DNA from: a virus
Taxonomy: Duplodnaviria; Heunggongvirae; Uroviricota; Caudoviricetes
Direction: 5' to 3' (one strand)
Virus record (IMG/VR): IMGVR_UViG_3300009034_000003
Length of the DNA: 29,664 nt
The translations under genes and the position numbers were made by a program. The notes under the pieces are model-generated. The model saw only the letters and a program-made list of their open reading frames with translations. It did no database searches and was not told where the DNA came from. Of the stretch, positions 17,429-25,363 are shown piece after piece (the stretch's first letter is position 1; every line of letters begins with the position of its first letter).

Positions 17429-17662
17429 TCATTTGCCTTCAGGGAATCCGAAGTCAGTGACGTCGTCGCTCTTGAACTCGCAACTAGTACATTGGTAGAC
17501 CACATCGTCTTTGTGATCGGTGTCGACTAGTTTCAGTTCGAGTTCTGGTTCGCCATCGATCTCGAGGATACTGACCTTGTGTACAGTCGCTATGGACTCG
17601 GTCCTTGTTATCACCGTAGAGTCGCACTCCGGGCAGTGAAGGTCCTTGAGAACTTGTGCCAT
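17429..17662 (-). CDS. Zinc-ribbon protein
   Basis: CPEC...CTSC; AGGAGGTGA RBS. Confidence 0.8.
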   Translation of the reverse strand: MAQVLKDLHCPECDSTVITRTESIATVHKVSILEIDGEPELELKLVDTDHKDDVVYQCTSCEFKSDDVTDFGFPEGK

Positions 17663-17692
17663 TTGCTCACCTCCTTTCCTCTGGGATTATTT

Positions 17693-17956
17693 TCATTGTT
17701 CTTTGTATCCATGTTTCACTGCATCAACAATGATGCTATTAGCCTTCTCGACATTCGCCTTAGCAAGGTTCCTGAGATGTGTAAGGGTGCCTATAGGATC
17801 GGATACAATATGCCAGTCGTGGTGTATAGCGTCCTTTCGTCTGTCCCAGATGGTATGCTCACCACGAAGCTGGTACTCACGATCGGCATTTAGGTTATTG
17901 AGAGTTGTAGTTAGTACATGCCAATTGATTTGGTCCATCCACTTGTAGTTACTCAC
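17693..17956 (-). CDS. Hypothetical protein
   Basis: 87 aa, overlaps upstream stop. Confidence 0.7.
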   Translation of the reverse strand: MSNYKWMDQINWHVLTTTLNNLNADREYQLRGEHTIWDRRKDAIHHDWHIVSDPIGTLTHLRNLAKANVEKANSIIVDAVKHGYKEQ

Positions 17957-18266
17957 TTGACTTCTTTCCTTTCTTGAGGCCTAGGTGTACGTCGACAGCT
18001 TCGATGATATTGAGCATAGCTTCACGCCACTTAGGATAAAGAGTCTCCGGTAGGTTGAACCCGGCCTTGGTAGGTCCAGTGTAGCCGCCAATGTTATCGT
18101 CTTTCCATTGGCGGATATCTATTCGCTTTGTGCTATTCCTTCCTGGCATTACTCGTGCCTGGATCTGTTCGCTGTGGACATTTGGGTTTTGCAAGGTCCA
18201 TTCTGCTGCAATGAGTTCGCCTCTGGCATCCGGGATAGTGATGTCTTCCATAGTGATGTTGCTCAT
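17949..18266 (-). CDS. PC4/YdbC-like ssDNA-binding protein
   Basis: RIDIRQW...GPTKAGFNL matches the PC4-fold signature; start moved to 18266. Confidence 0.7.
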   Translation of the reverse strand: MSNITMEDITIPDARGELIAAEWTLQNPNVHSEQIQARVMPGRNSTKRIDIRQWKDDNIGGYTGPTKAGFNLPETLYPKWREAMLNIIEAVDVHLGLKKGKKSSE

Positions 18267-18270
18267 TAGT

Positions 18271-18630
18271 TTATTCCTCCTCTTCTGCGTCCGGTCTGCT
18301 CCAGACTTTGTTGTAATCAAACACATAGCGGTTGTCGGGACTATAGGTTGTTAGCCGTATAACACGGTTCGCACATCGCTTGATTTTGGATGTGTCTTGC
18401 ATGACGTAGGCCATTGCTACCATGACATCGATTTGCTTTTCCGTGTCATCTGGGAGTGTTACGTCGAGGACTATTTCGTCAATGTCAACTTCTCCCTCGT
18501 CCTCTTCTTCGTCCTCTATGTCGGGGTCGCATGTGATATCGATGTGCTTTGCGCCTGCCGAGTATAGTACATCTACATTGGGCATATGATCTGGCGCTTC
18601 ATTTTCTTCTAGCCACTTTCTTACTTCCAT
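18271..18630 (-). CDS. Acidic hypothetical protein, EAxxWL family
   Basis: EVRKWLEEN...LYSAGAK...VTLPDD. Confidence 0.8.
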   Translation of the reverse strand: MEVRKWLEENEAPDHMPNVDVLYSAGAKHIDITCDPDIEDEEEDEGEVDIDEIVLDVTLPDDTEKQIDVMVAMAYVMQDTSKIKRCANRVIRLTTYSPDNRYVFDYNKVWSRPDAEEEE

Positions 18631-18631
18631 T

Positions 18632-18973
18632 TTATTCCTCCTCTAGGTATTCTAGTTTCACTGGGCCGCCTTTGGCAAAGGCAGCGAACACTATAGCCTT
18701 ATGCATGTTCTGTTCGAACAACTGATCGTCACGATAGGTCTCTTGCCATTCAGCTTTCTTAAGCCTCTCGGCAGCAAGGGGCTCAAGCTCGAAGACCTGG
18801 GCCTCTTCGAGGTCTATTCTGTCAAGGCCTGTTGCCTCGCAGATCACCTCCGTGAGTGCTTCTTTGGACTTATGTTCGTCTGCGTATAGCATGAACCTCT
18901 CTACGTCGATTGGCACATCGACAAGGCGAGGTTCCATCCATTCGCTGTCGCCTGTAATTACTACAACTACCAT
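18632..18973 (-). CDS. Acidic hypothetical protein
   Basis: 113 aa, GAGGAGG RBS. Confidence 0.75.
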   Translation of the reverse strand: MVVVVITGDSEWMEPRLVDVPIDVERFMLYADEHKSKEALTEVICEATGLDRIDLEEAQVFELEPLAAERLKKAEWQETYRDDQLFEQNMHKAIVFAAFAKGGPVKLEYLEEE

Positions 18974-18976
18974 TGT

Positions 18977-19144
18977 TTATTCCTCCTCGTGACCATCTTC
19001 GCCATCAAGTAGCCAATATTGCCCGCAGCCCGGGCACTTGCCTTCGTATGAGAATTGCTGCTGGCCTCCAATCAGATGGAGCGCTGCCTGGCTGGTACAG
19101 AGTGGGCATTTGAAAGTAACTTGGTGGTCTTTGACTTGGGCCAT
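18977..19144 (-). CDS. Zinc-ribbon protein (55 aa)
   Basis: CPLC...CPGC; start moved to 19144. Confidence 0.75.
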   Translation of the reverse strand: MAQVKDHQVTFKCPLCTSQAALHLIGGQQQFSYEGKCPGCGQYWLLDGEDGHEEE

Positions 19145-19160
19145 TTCATTTCTCCTTTGG

Positions 19161-19340
19161 TTAGCAGGCGTGTTCATACGCGCCACATACAAAGTAGCCT
19201 TTGTCTACATAGCTAATTCTAATTTGTACGTGGCAATTGTATTTATCGGGCTTGTCCTTGCATTGTTCTGCAAAGGTACATGTAGGACATTTTCGTTCCC
19301 ATGAGAATAGTTTCTGGATGATTGCAAATAGTCTGTTCAT
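19161..19340 (-). CDS. Cys-rich small protein (59 aa, MNRLFAIIQK...)
   Basis: Manual translation; ATGA overlap with upstream stop. Confidence 0.65.
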   Translation of the reverse strand: MNRLFAIIQKLFSWERKCPTCTFAEQCKDKPDKYNCHVQIRISYVDKGYFVCGAYEHAC

Positions 19341-19798
19341 TTCTTCCTCACCTCTATGCTTACTACTCCTAGAAGGTCGAAGTCAGCGACATTATCAAAG
19401 TCGATTCGGGCTAGTTCGAGGCCAGCAGCCCTGATAGCTTTCAATCCAGGGCCCTGATTGCCGAATTTGGGCTGGGCTCTGTACGGATCCCAGTAGTGAA
19501 GCATCTCTAACTTGGCTTTTGGAGCTTCAACCAGCTCTCTTATTTTATCTATTTTCAGTTGACATGGCCCTTTTTCTTTAAGGAAATCGGTCAAAGCTTG
19601 CCAATTTAGATGACGTCCGCCTTTGGTTTGAGGGTTCTTAAGCTCTTCCTCGAGCACTTTTTTCACTGTATCCAGGTCCACATTGGTCTTTTTACCGACC
19701 TTTTTTCCTGTTAACTTGCCCTCTTTAATCCATTTATAGATCTTTTGAGGCCTGACGTTAAGATCTTTTGCAGCCTTGGCTACTGTAACTTGACTCAT
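19337..19798 (-). CDS. Excisionase-like (HTH_17/MerR-type) helix-turn-helix protein
   Basis: TVAKAAKDLNVRPQKIYKWIKEGKL...KVGK. Confidence 0.8.
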   Translation of the reverse strand: MSQVTVAKAAKDLNVRPQKIYKWIKEGKLTGKKVGKKTNVDLDTVKKVLEEELKNPQTKGGRHLNWQALTDFLKEKGPCQLKIDKIRELVEAPKAKLEMLHYWDPYRAQPKFGNQGPGLKAIRAAGLELARIDFDNVADFDLLGVVSIEVRKK

Positions 19799-20025
19799 CG
19801 GTTCCTTCTCCTTTCATCTCTTCTGTCTCGTATATCGTCGATCCAATCTCCTATCCCTTCAAGTATACTGAACAAGAAGTCAGCAAGCAATAGAAGACCT
19901 CCGGCGGCCATTAGCTGACGGCCCTGGCGTTCACCATCGTATCTTTGTTTCCATTCCTCGTCGGTAAGACGTAGAGGATCATGAAGGCCTGTTATTTCTT
20001 CGTCAGGTTCCCATTCACCGTTCAT
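19795..20025 (-). CDS. Small membrane-associated protein
   Basis: One hydrophobic segment; GGAGGTGA RBS. Confidence 0.7.
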   Translation of the reverse strand: MNGEWEPDEEITGLHDPLRLTDEEWKQRYDGERQGRQLMAAGGLLLLADFLFSILEGIGDWIDDIRDRRDERRRNR

Positions 20026-20062
20026 TATTGTTCACCTCCCATTAAGTTAATGCAGGTCTATT

Positions 20063-20317
20063 CTATTTCTGTTGTGCCTTACATCTTTTGCGTAGTTCGT
20101 CTATAGTTTCTTGAAGGTCATCGAGTGCATTTTCATTAACCCAAATGCACATAGGGAGCATCTGTACTTCTGTGCCTCCTGCTCCAATACTTATTGGGAC
20201 CTTTAGGTAGATCTGAGGTGCCTCTTCGTCCTCGAGGTACTCTATCTCGACGTCTTGGTAATCCTCAAGGTGGTCAACGTAAACAGATCCTAGGATAAAC
20301 TTCTTGTCGTCAGCCAT
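20063..20317 (-). CDS. Acidic hypothetical protein
   Basis: 84 aa, AGGAGG RBS. Confidence 0.75.
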   Translation of the reverse strand: MADDKKFILGSVYVDHLEDYQDVEIEYLEDEEAPQIYLKVPISIGAGGTEVQMLPMCIWVNENALDDLQETIDELRKRCKAQQK

Positions 20318-20343
20318 TGTAATGTTCCTCCTATAAGTAAGGG

Positions 20344-20368
20344 CTGGAGGGGCGGAAAGCCCCTCCAG
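20344..20368 (-). terminator. Strong hairpin after 20392-20982
   Basis: CTGGAGGGGC/GCCCCTCCAG 10-bp perfect stem; same relative position as 16513-16548. Confidence 0.55.
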
Positions 20369-20391
20369 GTTCGCTCGTGAAGCTGGTTGGT

Positions 20392-20982
20392 CTAGTCGAA
20401 CTGCACGCCGTTGGTCGGGACAGGCTGCTTCTTGGAAGCGGTCTGCACTGTGACTCCAGCGACAGCTATGCGACCACAGGTCAGGTAGACAACATCCTCA
20501 GCAGACATAGGCATTCCTGCTGCGATGTATGCCGGGAAGATGCGGTCAGCGACCCTGCGCTTGTGGGTGTACTGTTCGACATAGGCTGCGATCTCAGCGG
20601 CTGTCAGTTCGTTGAACGCTTTCTTGGTCAGTTTGACCTTAGCGTTCTCTGCTGAGAAGCCGTAGCCATTGGTCTTGGCACCTGCGACTCTGACCGAGTT
20701 AAAGGTCAGGTGCATGAGGATCTCAGCCTTGTTGACTTTGATCCTGCCTTCCTTGATCCTGTCAACCAACATGGCCTTTGCCCTTTCGCGGCTGATGCGA
20801 TTGATGTCCGGGTTGGCCTGATCAATCATCTTCGCGACCAGGTCCGCGGGGGACAGCTCACCAAATGCTTTCTTGGTCAGCTTGATCACAGGCATATCAG
20901 CCAACTTCACTACGCGCTTGTGGTTGCCGTTGTTGCCATTCTTCTTGGCTTTGACGGCCTTCGGGGTTGTTTCTTTGGTCAT
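20392..20982 (-). CDS. Lys-rich internally duplicated protein, paralog 2
   Basis: 196 aa; colinear with 16571-17152 (RERAK...RIKEGR; KQPVPTxGVxF). Confidence 0.9.
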   Translation of the reverse strand: MTKETTPKAVKAKKNGNNGNHKRVVKLADMPVIKLTKKAFGELSPADLVAKMIDQANPDINRISRERAKAMLVDRIKEGRIKVNKAEILMHLTFNSVRVAGAKTNGYGFSAENAKVKLTKKAFNELTAAEIAAYVEQYTHKRRVADRIFPAYIAAGMPMSAEDVVYLTCGRIAVAGVTVQTASKKQPVPTNGVQFD

Positions 20983-21071
20983 TGTATTGACCTCCTTTTA
21001 TTATTACCTCCTACTCACTCACCATTGAGCTAGGACCAGGATTTATGTCGTCCTATTCAAGGAGTAGGCTT

Positions 21072-21101
21072 TGGCAGTGCCTCTAGTATATTGGCACCGC
21101 C
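21072..21101 (-). promoter_or_regulatory. Hairpin-embedded -10-like element (TATACT in loop)
   Basis: TGGCAGTGCC/GGCACCGCCA stem upstream of paralog 2. Confidence 0.45.
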
Positions 21102-21107
21102 AGTTGT

Positions 21108-21302
21108 TTATTCCTCCTTCGATTCTGTTGGAAGTTCCTCTATCTCGATATTGCTTACTGTTGTATCGGGTCCGCCACTACCAGTGCTATGTTCCTTGTC
21201 GAAGGTATTCAGGACGCCTACGCGCAGGAACTCGTCGCAGAGCTCGATGGTATCGGCCAACCATTCTCCTTCTACAATAAAAGTCACCTTGAACTTAGCC
21301 AT
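21108..21302 (-). CDS. Hypothetical protein (64 aa)
   Basis: Start moved to 21302 (AAAGGAG RBS). Confidence 0.7.
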   Translation of the reverse strand: MAKFKVTFIVEGEWLADTIELCDEFLRVGVLNTFDKEHSTGSGGPDTTVSNIEIEELPTESKEE

Positions 21303-21315
21303 TATGATATCTCCT

Positions 21316-21513
21316 TTAATAGCTCGTGAGTCTATCGAGCACTTGCCCGAGAGCAAAGCGAGCTGCCTTGAGGCCCTCTTCCTCGACCTCTTCAAGGCGT
21401 TCAGGGTCCCAATCTTCTAAGCTTTCAACTTGACTTCTGATGTCTGTAATTATTATTCCTATATGAACTGCGTGAGTTACTTTTTGCTTGTCTTGTTCTT
21501 TTTCATCAGCCAT
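21316..21513 (-). CDS. Hypothetical protein (65 aa)
   Basis: ATG 21513 with AAAGGAG RBS. Confidence 0.65.
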   Translation of the reverse strand: MADEKEQDKQKVTHAVHIGIIITDIRSQVESLEDWDPERLEEVEEEGLKAARFALGQVLDRLTSY

Positions 21514-21582
21514 TATCAATCTCCTTTGTTCGTGGTTCCTTTTATCTTATGCCATTTGTTTCTACTTGGCACAAAAAGGTTC

Positions 21583-21765
21583 CTATTTGAATTCGCGAGC
21601 TAGAAGTTGAATGACCCTTGGGTCGTTCTGATGTTCCTGAGCGAACTCTGGGTCGCTTTTCATCTTCTGTGCAAAGCGTTCAAGGGCATCTTCTTTTCTG
21701 ACCCTGCGAGCTGCATTCCTTATTCGAGGGTCTGTATCCTCTAGGAAGAGCGTGGACATTTGCAT
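21583..21765 (-). CDS. Hypothetical protein
   Basis: 60 aa, AGGAGGTGA RBS. Confidence 0.7.
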   Translation of the reverse strand: MQMSTLFLEDTDPRIRNAARRVRKEDALERFAQKMKSDPEFAQEHQNDPRVIQLLAREFK

Positions 21766-21779
21766 TCGTGTTCACCTCC

Positions 21780-21848
21780 TTAAATGTTGTTGCGGCCTGT
21801 TACTATACAAAAGGCCAAGATGATTATGAAAATGGTTGCTAGTGACAT
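21780..21848 (-). CDS. Hydrophobic micropeptide (22 aa, MSLATIFIIILAFCIVTGRNNI)
   Basis: Manual translation; AGGAGG RBS. Confidence 0.55.
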   Translation of the reverse strand: MSLATIFIIILAFCIVTGRNNI

Positions 21849-21853
21849 TTCTT

Positions 21854-22105
21854 TTATTCCTCCTCCTTGTATCCCTTCTCGTACCCATCGGGCTCGACAC
21901 AGGACGGTCCTTTGTTTCCAAAGCAGAACGTTCTGTAGTGCGTGTGTCCGTGTACGGGAGGATCCTGTGGACGCAGCTTGCAGTAGCCGCCGCAGCCATC
22001 ATAGTACCAGTGAAGACATTTGGGTCGATGTCGTTCTTTAAGTTCTTCTCCCTTTAGTTGCCTCCATTTCTCGAAGTTGGGGTTCGCTTCGTATTCCCTT
22101 TCCAA
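21854..22105 (-). CDS. Cys/His-rich protein (83 aa)
   Basis: TTG start after AGGAGGTGA. Confidence 0.65.
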   Translation of the reverse strand: MEREYEANPNFEKWRQLKGEELKERHRPKCLHWYYDGCGGYCKLRPQDPPVHGHTHYRTFCFGNKGPSCVEPDGYEKGYKEEE

Positions 22106-22116
22106 TTGGTCACCTC

Positions 22117-22275
22117 CTATGCAACAATAACGACCTTGTATGTTCGAGTCCACTTCGGGCATCGTTTCATTTCGTTTCGGAAGTTGAAGCAGTCACGGGC
22201 GAGGTCGCATGTCTTTGAACATCTTTCCTTCTCTATTCTCTTTACTAGTTCTTTGCGAATCTTCTCTTTAGCCAT
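22117..22275 (-). CDS. Basic Cys-containing protein (52 aa, MAKEKIRKEL...)
   Basis: Manual translation; AGGAGG RBS. Confidence 0.65.
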   Translation of the reverse strand: MAKEKIRKELVKRIEKERCSKTCDLARDCFNFRNEMKRCPKWTRTYKVVIVA

Positions 22276-22284
22276 TTGTTCCTC

Positions 22285-22602
22285 CTACACAAATGCGTGT
22301 TCTCTTTTGAGATCTCTGAACAGAAGTGCCTTGCCAAGTTGCATCGAGAATCCATCGCCGTTGCCATCGTGACAGAAGAGGCTTCTGCCATGCACCCAGT
22401 ACTTCGTGCCGTTGCCATTGGCATCGAGATTCAATTCAGTTGCGATGCGTTCCAGGCGTTCCACTTCGGGTATTGATCTAGTCGGGATGTCGCTGAACTT
22501 GACATTGTACAATTCTCTACATCTCTTTGCCCAGCGATTCTCTTCAGCTATTATAAGTGTGAATGCTACAAGTGCTACTGCTGCGCTAAGTGGTCCTATC
22601 AT
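22285..22602 (-). CDS. Protein with N-terminal signal/TM segment
   Basis: 105 aa, AAGGAGG RBS. Confidence 0.75.
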   Translation of the reverse strand: MIGPLSAAVALVAFTLIIAEENRWAKRCRELYNVKFSDIPTRSIPEVERLERIATELNLDANGNGTKYWVHGRSLFCHDGNGDGFSMQLGKALLFRDLKREHAFV

Positions 22603-22605
22603 TGT

Positions 22606-22794
22606 TTAGTCCTCCTTGTGTCCATTTTGCATAATGGCAAACTCGTAATTTGCTATGCACATCCTGAGCATGAGATTAGCTGTCTCCACCAGCTCGTGGG
22701 CTCTGTGTTCATGTTCAGTGTTCTCCACGAGGGCTCTGATTCGAGCTACTCTTTGTTCAAGTCGTTCAAGTTCCTCTAGTGTGTCTTCACCCAT
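22606..22794 (-). CDS. Coiled-coil small protein
   Basis: 62 aa, AAGGAGG RBS. Confidence 0.75.
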   Translation of the reverse strand: MGEDTLEELERLEQRVARIRALVENTEHEHRAHELVETANLMLRMCIANYEFAIMQNGHKED

Positions 22795-22830
22795 TTCTGA
22801 TCCCTCCTTATTATCTTTAGATAATAAAAG

Positions 22831-22953
22831 TTACTTGCCTAGGATCTTGCCCCAGTATTTCCAAAGCAGCTTTTGGATCTCAGCTTCATTGGAGAAGCGA
22901 CAACATAGTCCAATGATTATAAAAGCACAGACGACGTCAAGTATTTCTGTCAT
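22831..22953 (-). CDS. Small membrane protein (40 aa, MTEILDVVCAF...)
   Basis: Start moved to 22953 (AAGGAGGTGAT RBS). Confidence 0.7.
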   Translation of the reverse strand: MTEILDVVCAFIIIGLCCRFSNEAEIQKLLWKYWGKILGK

Positions 22954-23181
22954 CTGGATCACCTCCTTATGTTCAGCGTCAAGTGGCAAGCATACTGAAC
23001 CTCGCTTTAACATAGCCACCTTGGGAGCGCTGGCGGGTTTCCTCAATGCCGCAGCCTCAGGCTCCCATCGAAATACTTCCGTACAGAACTTGTAAGCTCT
23101 GTTGTTAAACAATAGCCTAGAGGATCCTACAGCCGCCAATCAGTCATTACTATCACCTCCTTTCCCAAGAGTTATGTGACT

Positions 23182-23259
23182 CTAGCGATTATCGAAATGT
23201 GCATCTATTAGTGCTGCTGGCACTGACAGCAGCAATAGGATGGCGAGCATCAAAAACAT
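23182..23259 (-). CDS. Hydrophobic micropeptide (25 aa, MFLMLAILLLLSVPAALIDAHFDNR)
   Basis: Manual translation; AGGAGG RBS. Confidence 0.55.
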   Translation of the reverse strand: MFLMLAILLLLSVPAALIDAHFDNR

Positions 23260-23272
23260 TTGATCATTCCTC

Positions 23273-23641
23273 CTATCTCTCGTAGTATATGATTCGTACT
23301 CTATGATACTCGGCAGAGTACGCTAACCAGATCCTGTGATCTACTGACAGCACCATTGACTCAGGTTGCCCAATCACAACCTCGAGTGTGGCACGTCGAT
23401 CGCCTTTCAGGAAGTGAATCTTTAATATTGCAGGACGCACTCCCTGATCGTTAAGTGCTTCTACTTCTGTTGTGAATGGCTCTCCGTAATCCTGTCTCAG
23501 TTCCAGATAGTAGAAGTAGGCAGGAATGGTGGGCATCGTTACGGCATTGACCTCCTTCCAGTCCGTTTGACCGAAAGCTAATTTGGTTATTATAATTGCG
23601 GCTATTGTGACACTTGTTCCTATTGCTATGAGCCTTTTCAT
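23273..23641 (-). CDS. Secreted or membrane-anchored protein (122 aa)
   Basis: Start moved to 23641 (AAGGAG RBS); MKRLIAIG...signal-like N-terminus. Confidence 0.75.
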   Translation of the reverse strand: MKRLIAIGTSVTIAAIIITKLAFGQTDWKEVNAVTMPTIPAYFYYLELRQDYGEPFTTEVEALNDQGVRPAILKIHFLKGDRRATLEVVIGQPESMVLSVDHRIWLAYSAEYHRVRIIYYER

Positions 23642-23654
23642 TTGAACTGTCTCC

Positions 23655-24050
23655 TTAGTAAAGTGGTCTAGACCAGTACTCACCACAGCGTATGCATTCG
23701 TGGTCCATGTTGCCACTGTCCGGGCCCGCTGATGAACGATCAACTAACTTGTGATTATAGCGCTTGCATATCCAGGGAGCAAGGCCCGACCCAACATATA
23801 TCCAACGATAGAGACAATAGATGTAACGCCACACAACCCAAAGAGCGAACCCTGTCATCCTCATCTTGGCACCTTCGATCGGTTCGCCTTCGTCATCACG
23901 GCACTTGCAATAGCCGTAATCGCCCCAGGCATTGAGGATACGGGAATAGATCTTGCGACGAAGCTTTGCAAGCTTAGCCCCTTCTTTGTGTGGGAATATG
24001 CCTCTGAGGATCTTTTCAAATATACGGGATGCGAGTGAAAGGTCTGACAT
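23655..24050 (-). CDS. Hypothetical protein with TM segment and C-terminal H/CxxC motif (131 aa)
   Basis: Start moved to 24050; TAATG overlap with upstream gene. Confidence 0.7.
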   Translation of the reverse strand: MSDLSLASRIFEKILRGIFPHKEGAKLAKLRRKIYSRILNAWGDYGYCKCRDDEGEPIEGAKMRMTGFALWVVWRYIYCLYRWIYVGSGLAPWICKRYNHKLVDRSSAGPDSGNMDHECIRCGEYWSRPLY

Positions 24051-24322
24051 TACTGATCCCTCCTTATTCGCCACCAGCCTTGCTCGAAGGCCTGGTCAAC
24101 ATTGAATCTATCAAAGCGTTTGTTCTTACGTGGGTCGCCTACATAACGATCAAATAGTGGTTTCATTTTCAGCCACTCGGTCCTGACATCTATAATCAAC
24201 CACGCTTGGTCGACCTCGGTATGTTCTATGACCAGGCCGACCGTGAACTGTTTGAGATCTATAAATCCGTCCTCCGCGATCTCTATGTCCGCGGCACATC
24301 TAGTCCAGTCCATCGTATCCAT
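24050..24322 (-). CDS. Hypothetical protein
   Basis: 90 aa, AAAGGAG RBS. Confidence 0.75.
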   Translation of the reverse strand: MDTMDWTRCAADIEIAEDGFIDLKQFTVGLVIEHTEVDQAWLIIDVRTEWLKMKPLFDRYVGDPRKNKRFDRFNVDQAFEQGWWRIRRDQ

Positions 24323-24354
24323 TGGTCCTCTCCTTTAATTCGATGGCGTTGTTT

Positions 24355-24816
24355 TTAGCTGGGGCGACAAACCATGAAGTGCTTCTTTGCAATCTCCTTA
24401 GTTATAAACAGTTGCGTTAGGCCCGATTCACTTTTGATCTCAACCTTGCCATTGACCCTACGAGCCTGGAACAAAGCCCCAAGGCTGTAGTCGGGCAGGA
24501 TAGATCGGTCAATCAATTTCGCTGGGTGCCACTTGCCAGGTACATCCTGGCCATTCTTGATCCTGGGATCATTTAATATAGCCCAGATGTACGAAGGCAT
24601 TCTAACCTTGCCGTTCAGGCTACTAGGACCTGACGAAGGCATCCGGGCTAATGCCTTACGGATATTGGACTTGGCGTGGACCTTATAGCCCGTGCGATTG
24701 ACCTCAAGCATACCATTCACTATTCTATAGATGAATGGACGCCCGGTCTTGGTACTGAAAATCATACCTGAATAATACACGATCCTACTATACACGGCAT
24801 CAAATTGACGGGACAT
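24355..24816 (-). CDS. Conserved hypothetical protein, first gene of the leftward block
   Basis: G.IF.TKTG.PF.Y ... MP..GP ... PSYIWAIL.DPRI pattern recalled from bacterial hypotheticals. Confidence 0.75.
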   Translation of the reverse strand: MSRQFDAVYSRIVYYSGMIFSTKTGRPFIYRIVNGMLEVNRTGYKVHAKSNIRKALARMPSSGPSSLNGKVRMPSYIWAILNDPRIKNGQDVPGKWHPAKLIDRSILPDYSLGALFQARRVNGKVEIKSESGLTQLFITKEIAKKHFMVCRPS

Positions 24817-24839
24817 AATATGCCCTCCTTTATAGATGT

Positions 24840-25122
24840 GTACTATATGTACGGTTACATATATATAGATACTAAGTAACAGGGGTCCAATATATAGGGG
24901 GCCAGGCCCTATATATAGGGTACGGGGGTTATATATATAAGGTTAATATACAAGGGGGCCCATATATATAGGGGCCGGGGGTGTATATATATAGGGCCAA
25001 TATACAGGGGGCCCCGGGGGTCTATATATAGGGGTTATATAGGCTATATATATAGGGTACGACCCCCCGGGGGTATACCTTATCTGCAGCCCCCCTATCC
25101 CCCCGGGGTCACGTGCCGGGGC
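24840..25122. repeat. TA-tract / G-run degenerate repeat region at the strand switch (candidate origin or terminus)
   Basis: About 7 copies of TATATAGG(G); AATATAYARGGGGCC at 24889, 24945, 24999; perfect palindrome CCCTATATATAGGG 24907-24920. Confidence 0.8.
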
Positions 25123-25194
25123 ATAACGCAAGCATCCGGTAGCGATACCAGGGTTAAAGGGGAACTTGTTACTTTTAACATATATTTAGCTACT

Positions 25195-25270
25195 CCAGCA
25201 TTCTAGATGTCCATATACCAGCATTCTAGCTCTCCTAGCTTCCCAGCCATCAAGTATCCCAGCATTCTAG
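25195..25270. repeat. Three dispersed CCAGCATTCTAG direct repeats
   Basis: Copies at 25195, 25218, 25259. Confidence 0.75.
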
Positions 25271-25306
25271 CTACCATACTCTAGCCCACCCAAAAACCCG
25301 GCCGTC

Positions 25307-25358
25307 CCTATACCCTTTTATTTCAAAAGCCTATTTTTTAAGATGTTCATATAATATT
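25307..25358 (+). promoter_or_regulatory. Degenerate promoter cassette copy driving the mini-array
   Basis: CCTATACCC...TTCA-TATAAT (25350-25355); no consensus -35. Confidence 0.5.
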
Positions 25359-25363
25359 AGTGA

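Noticed and set aside
13088-21038. Shared ACCA(A)TYGAGCTAGGACCA motif at 13088-13106 (minus) and 21021-21038 (plus)
   Set aside because: Only two copies, in opposite orientation relative to transcription; cannot be distinguished from chance without a genome-wide count.
22990-23070. Hammerhead ribozyme or cobalamin / c-di-GMP riboswitch
   Set aside because: The core consensus motifs (CUGANGA...GAAA, etc.) are not fully present.
24943-25131. Pro/Tyr-rich ORF on the minus strand
   Set aside because: Translation of the low-complexity TA/G-run repeat; no RBS.
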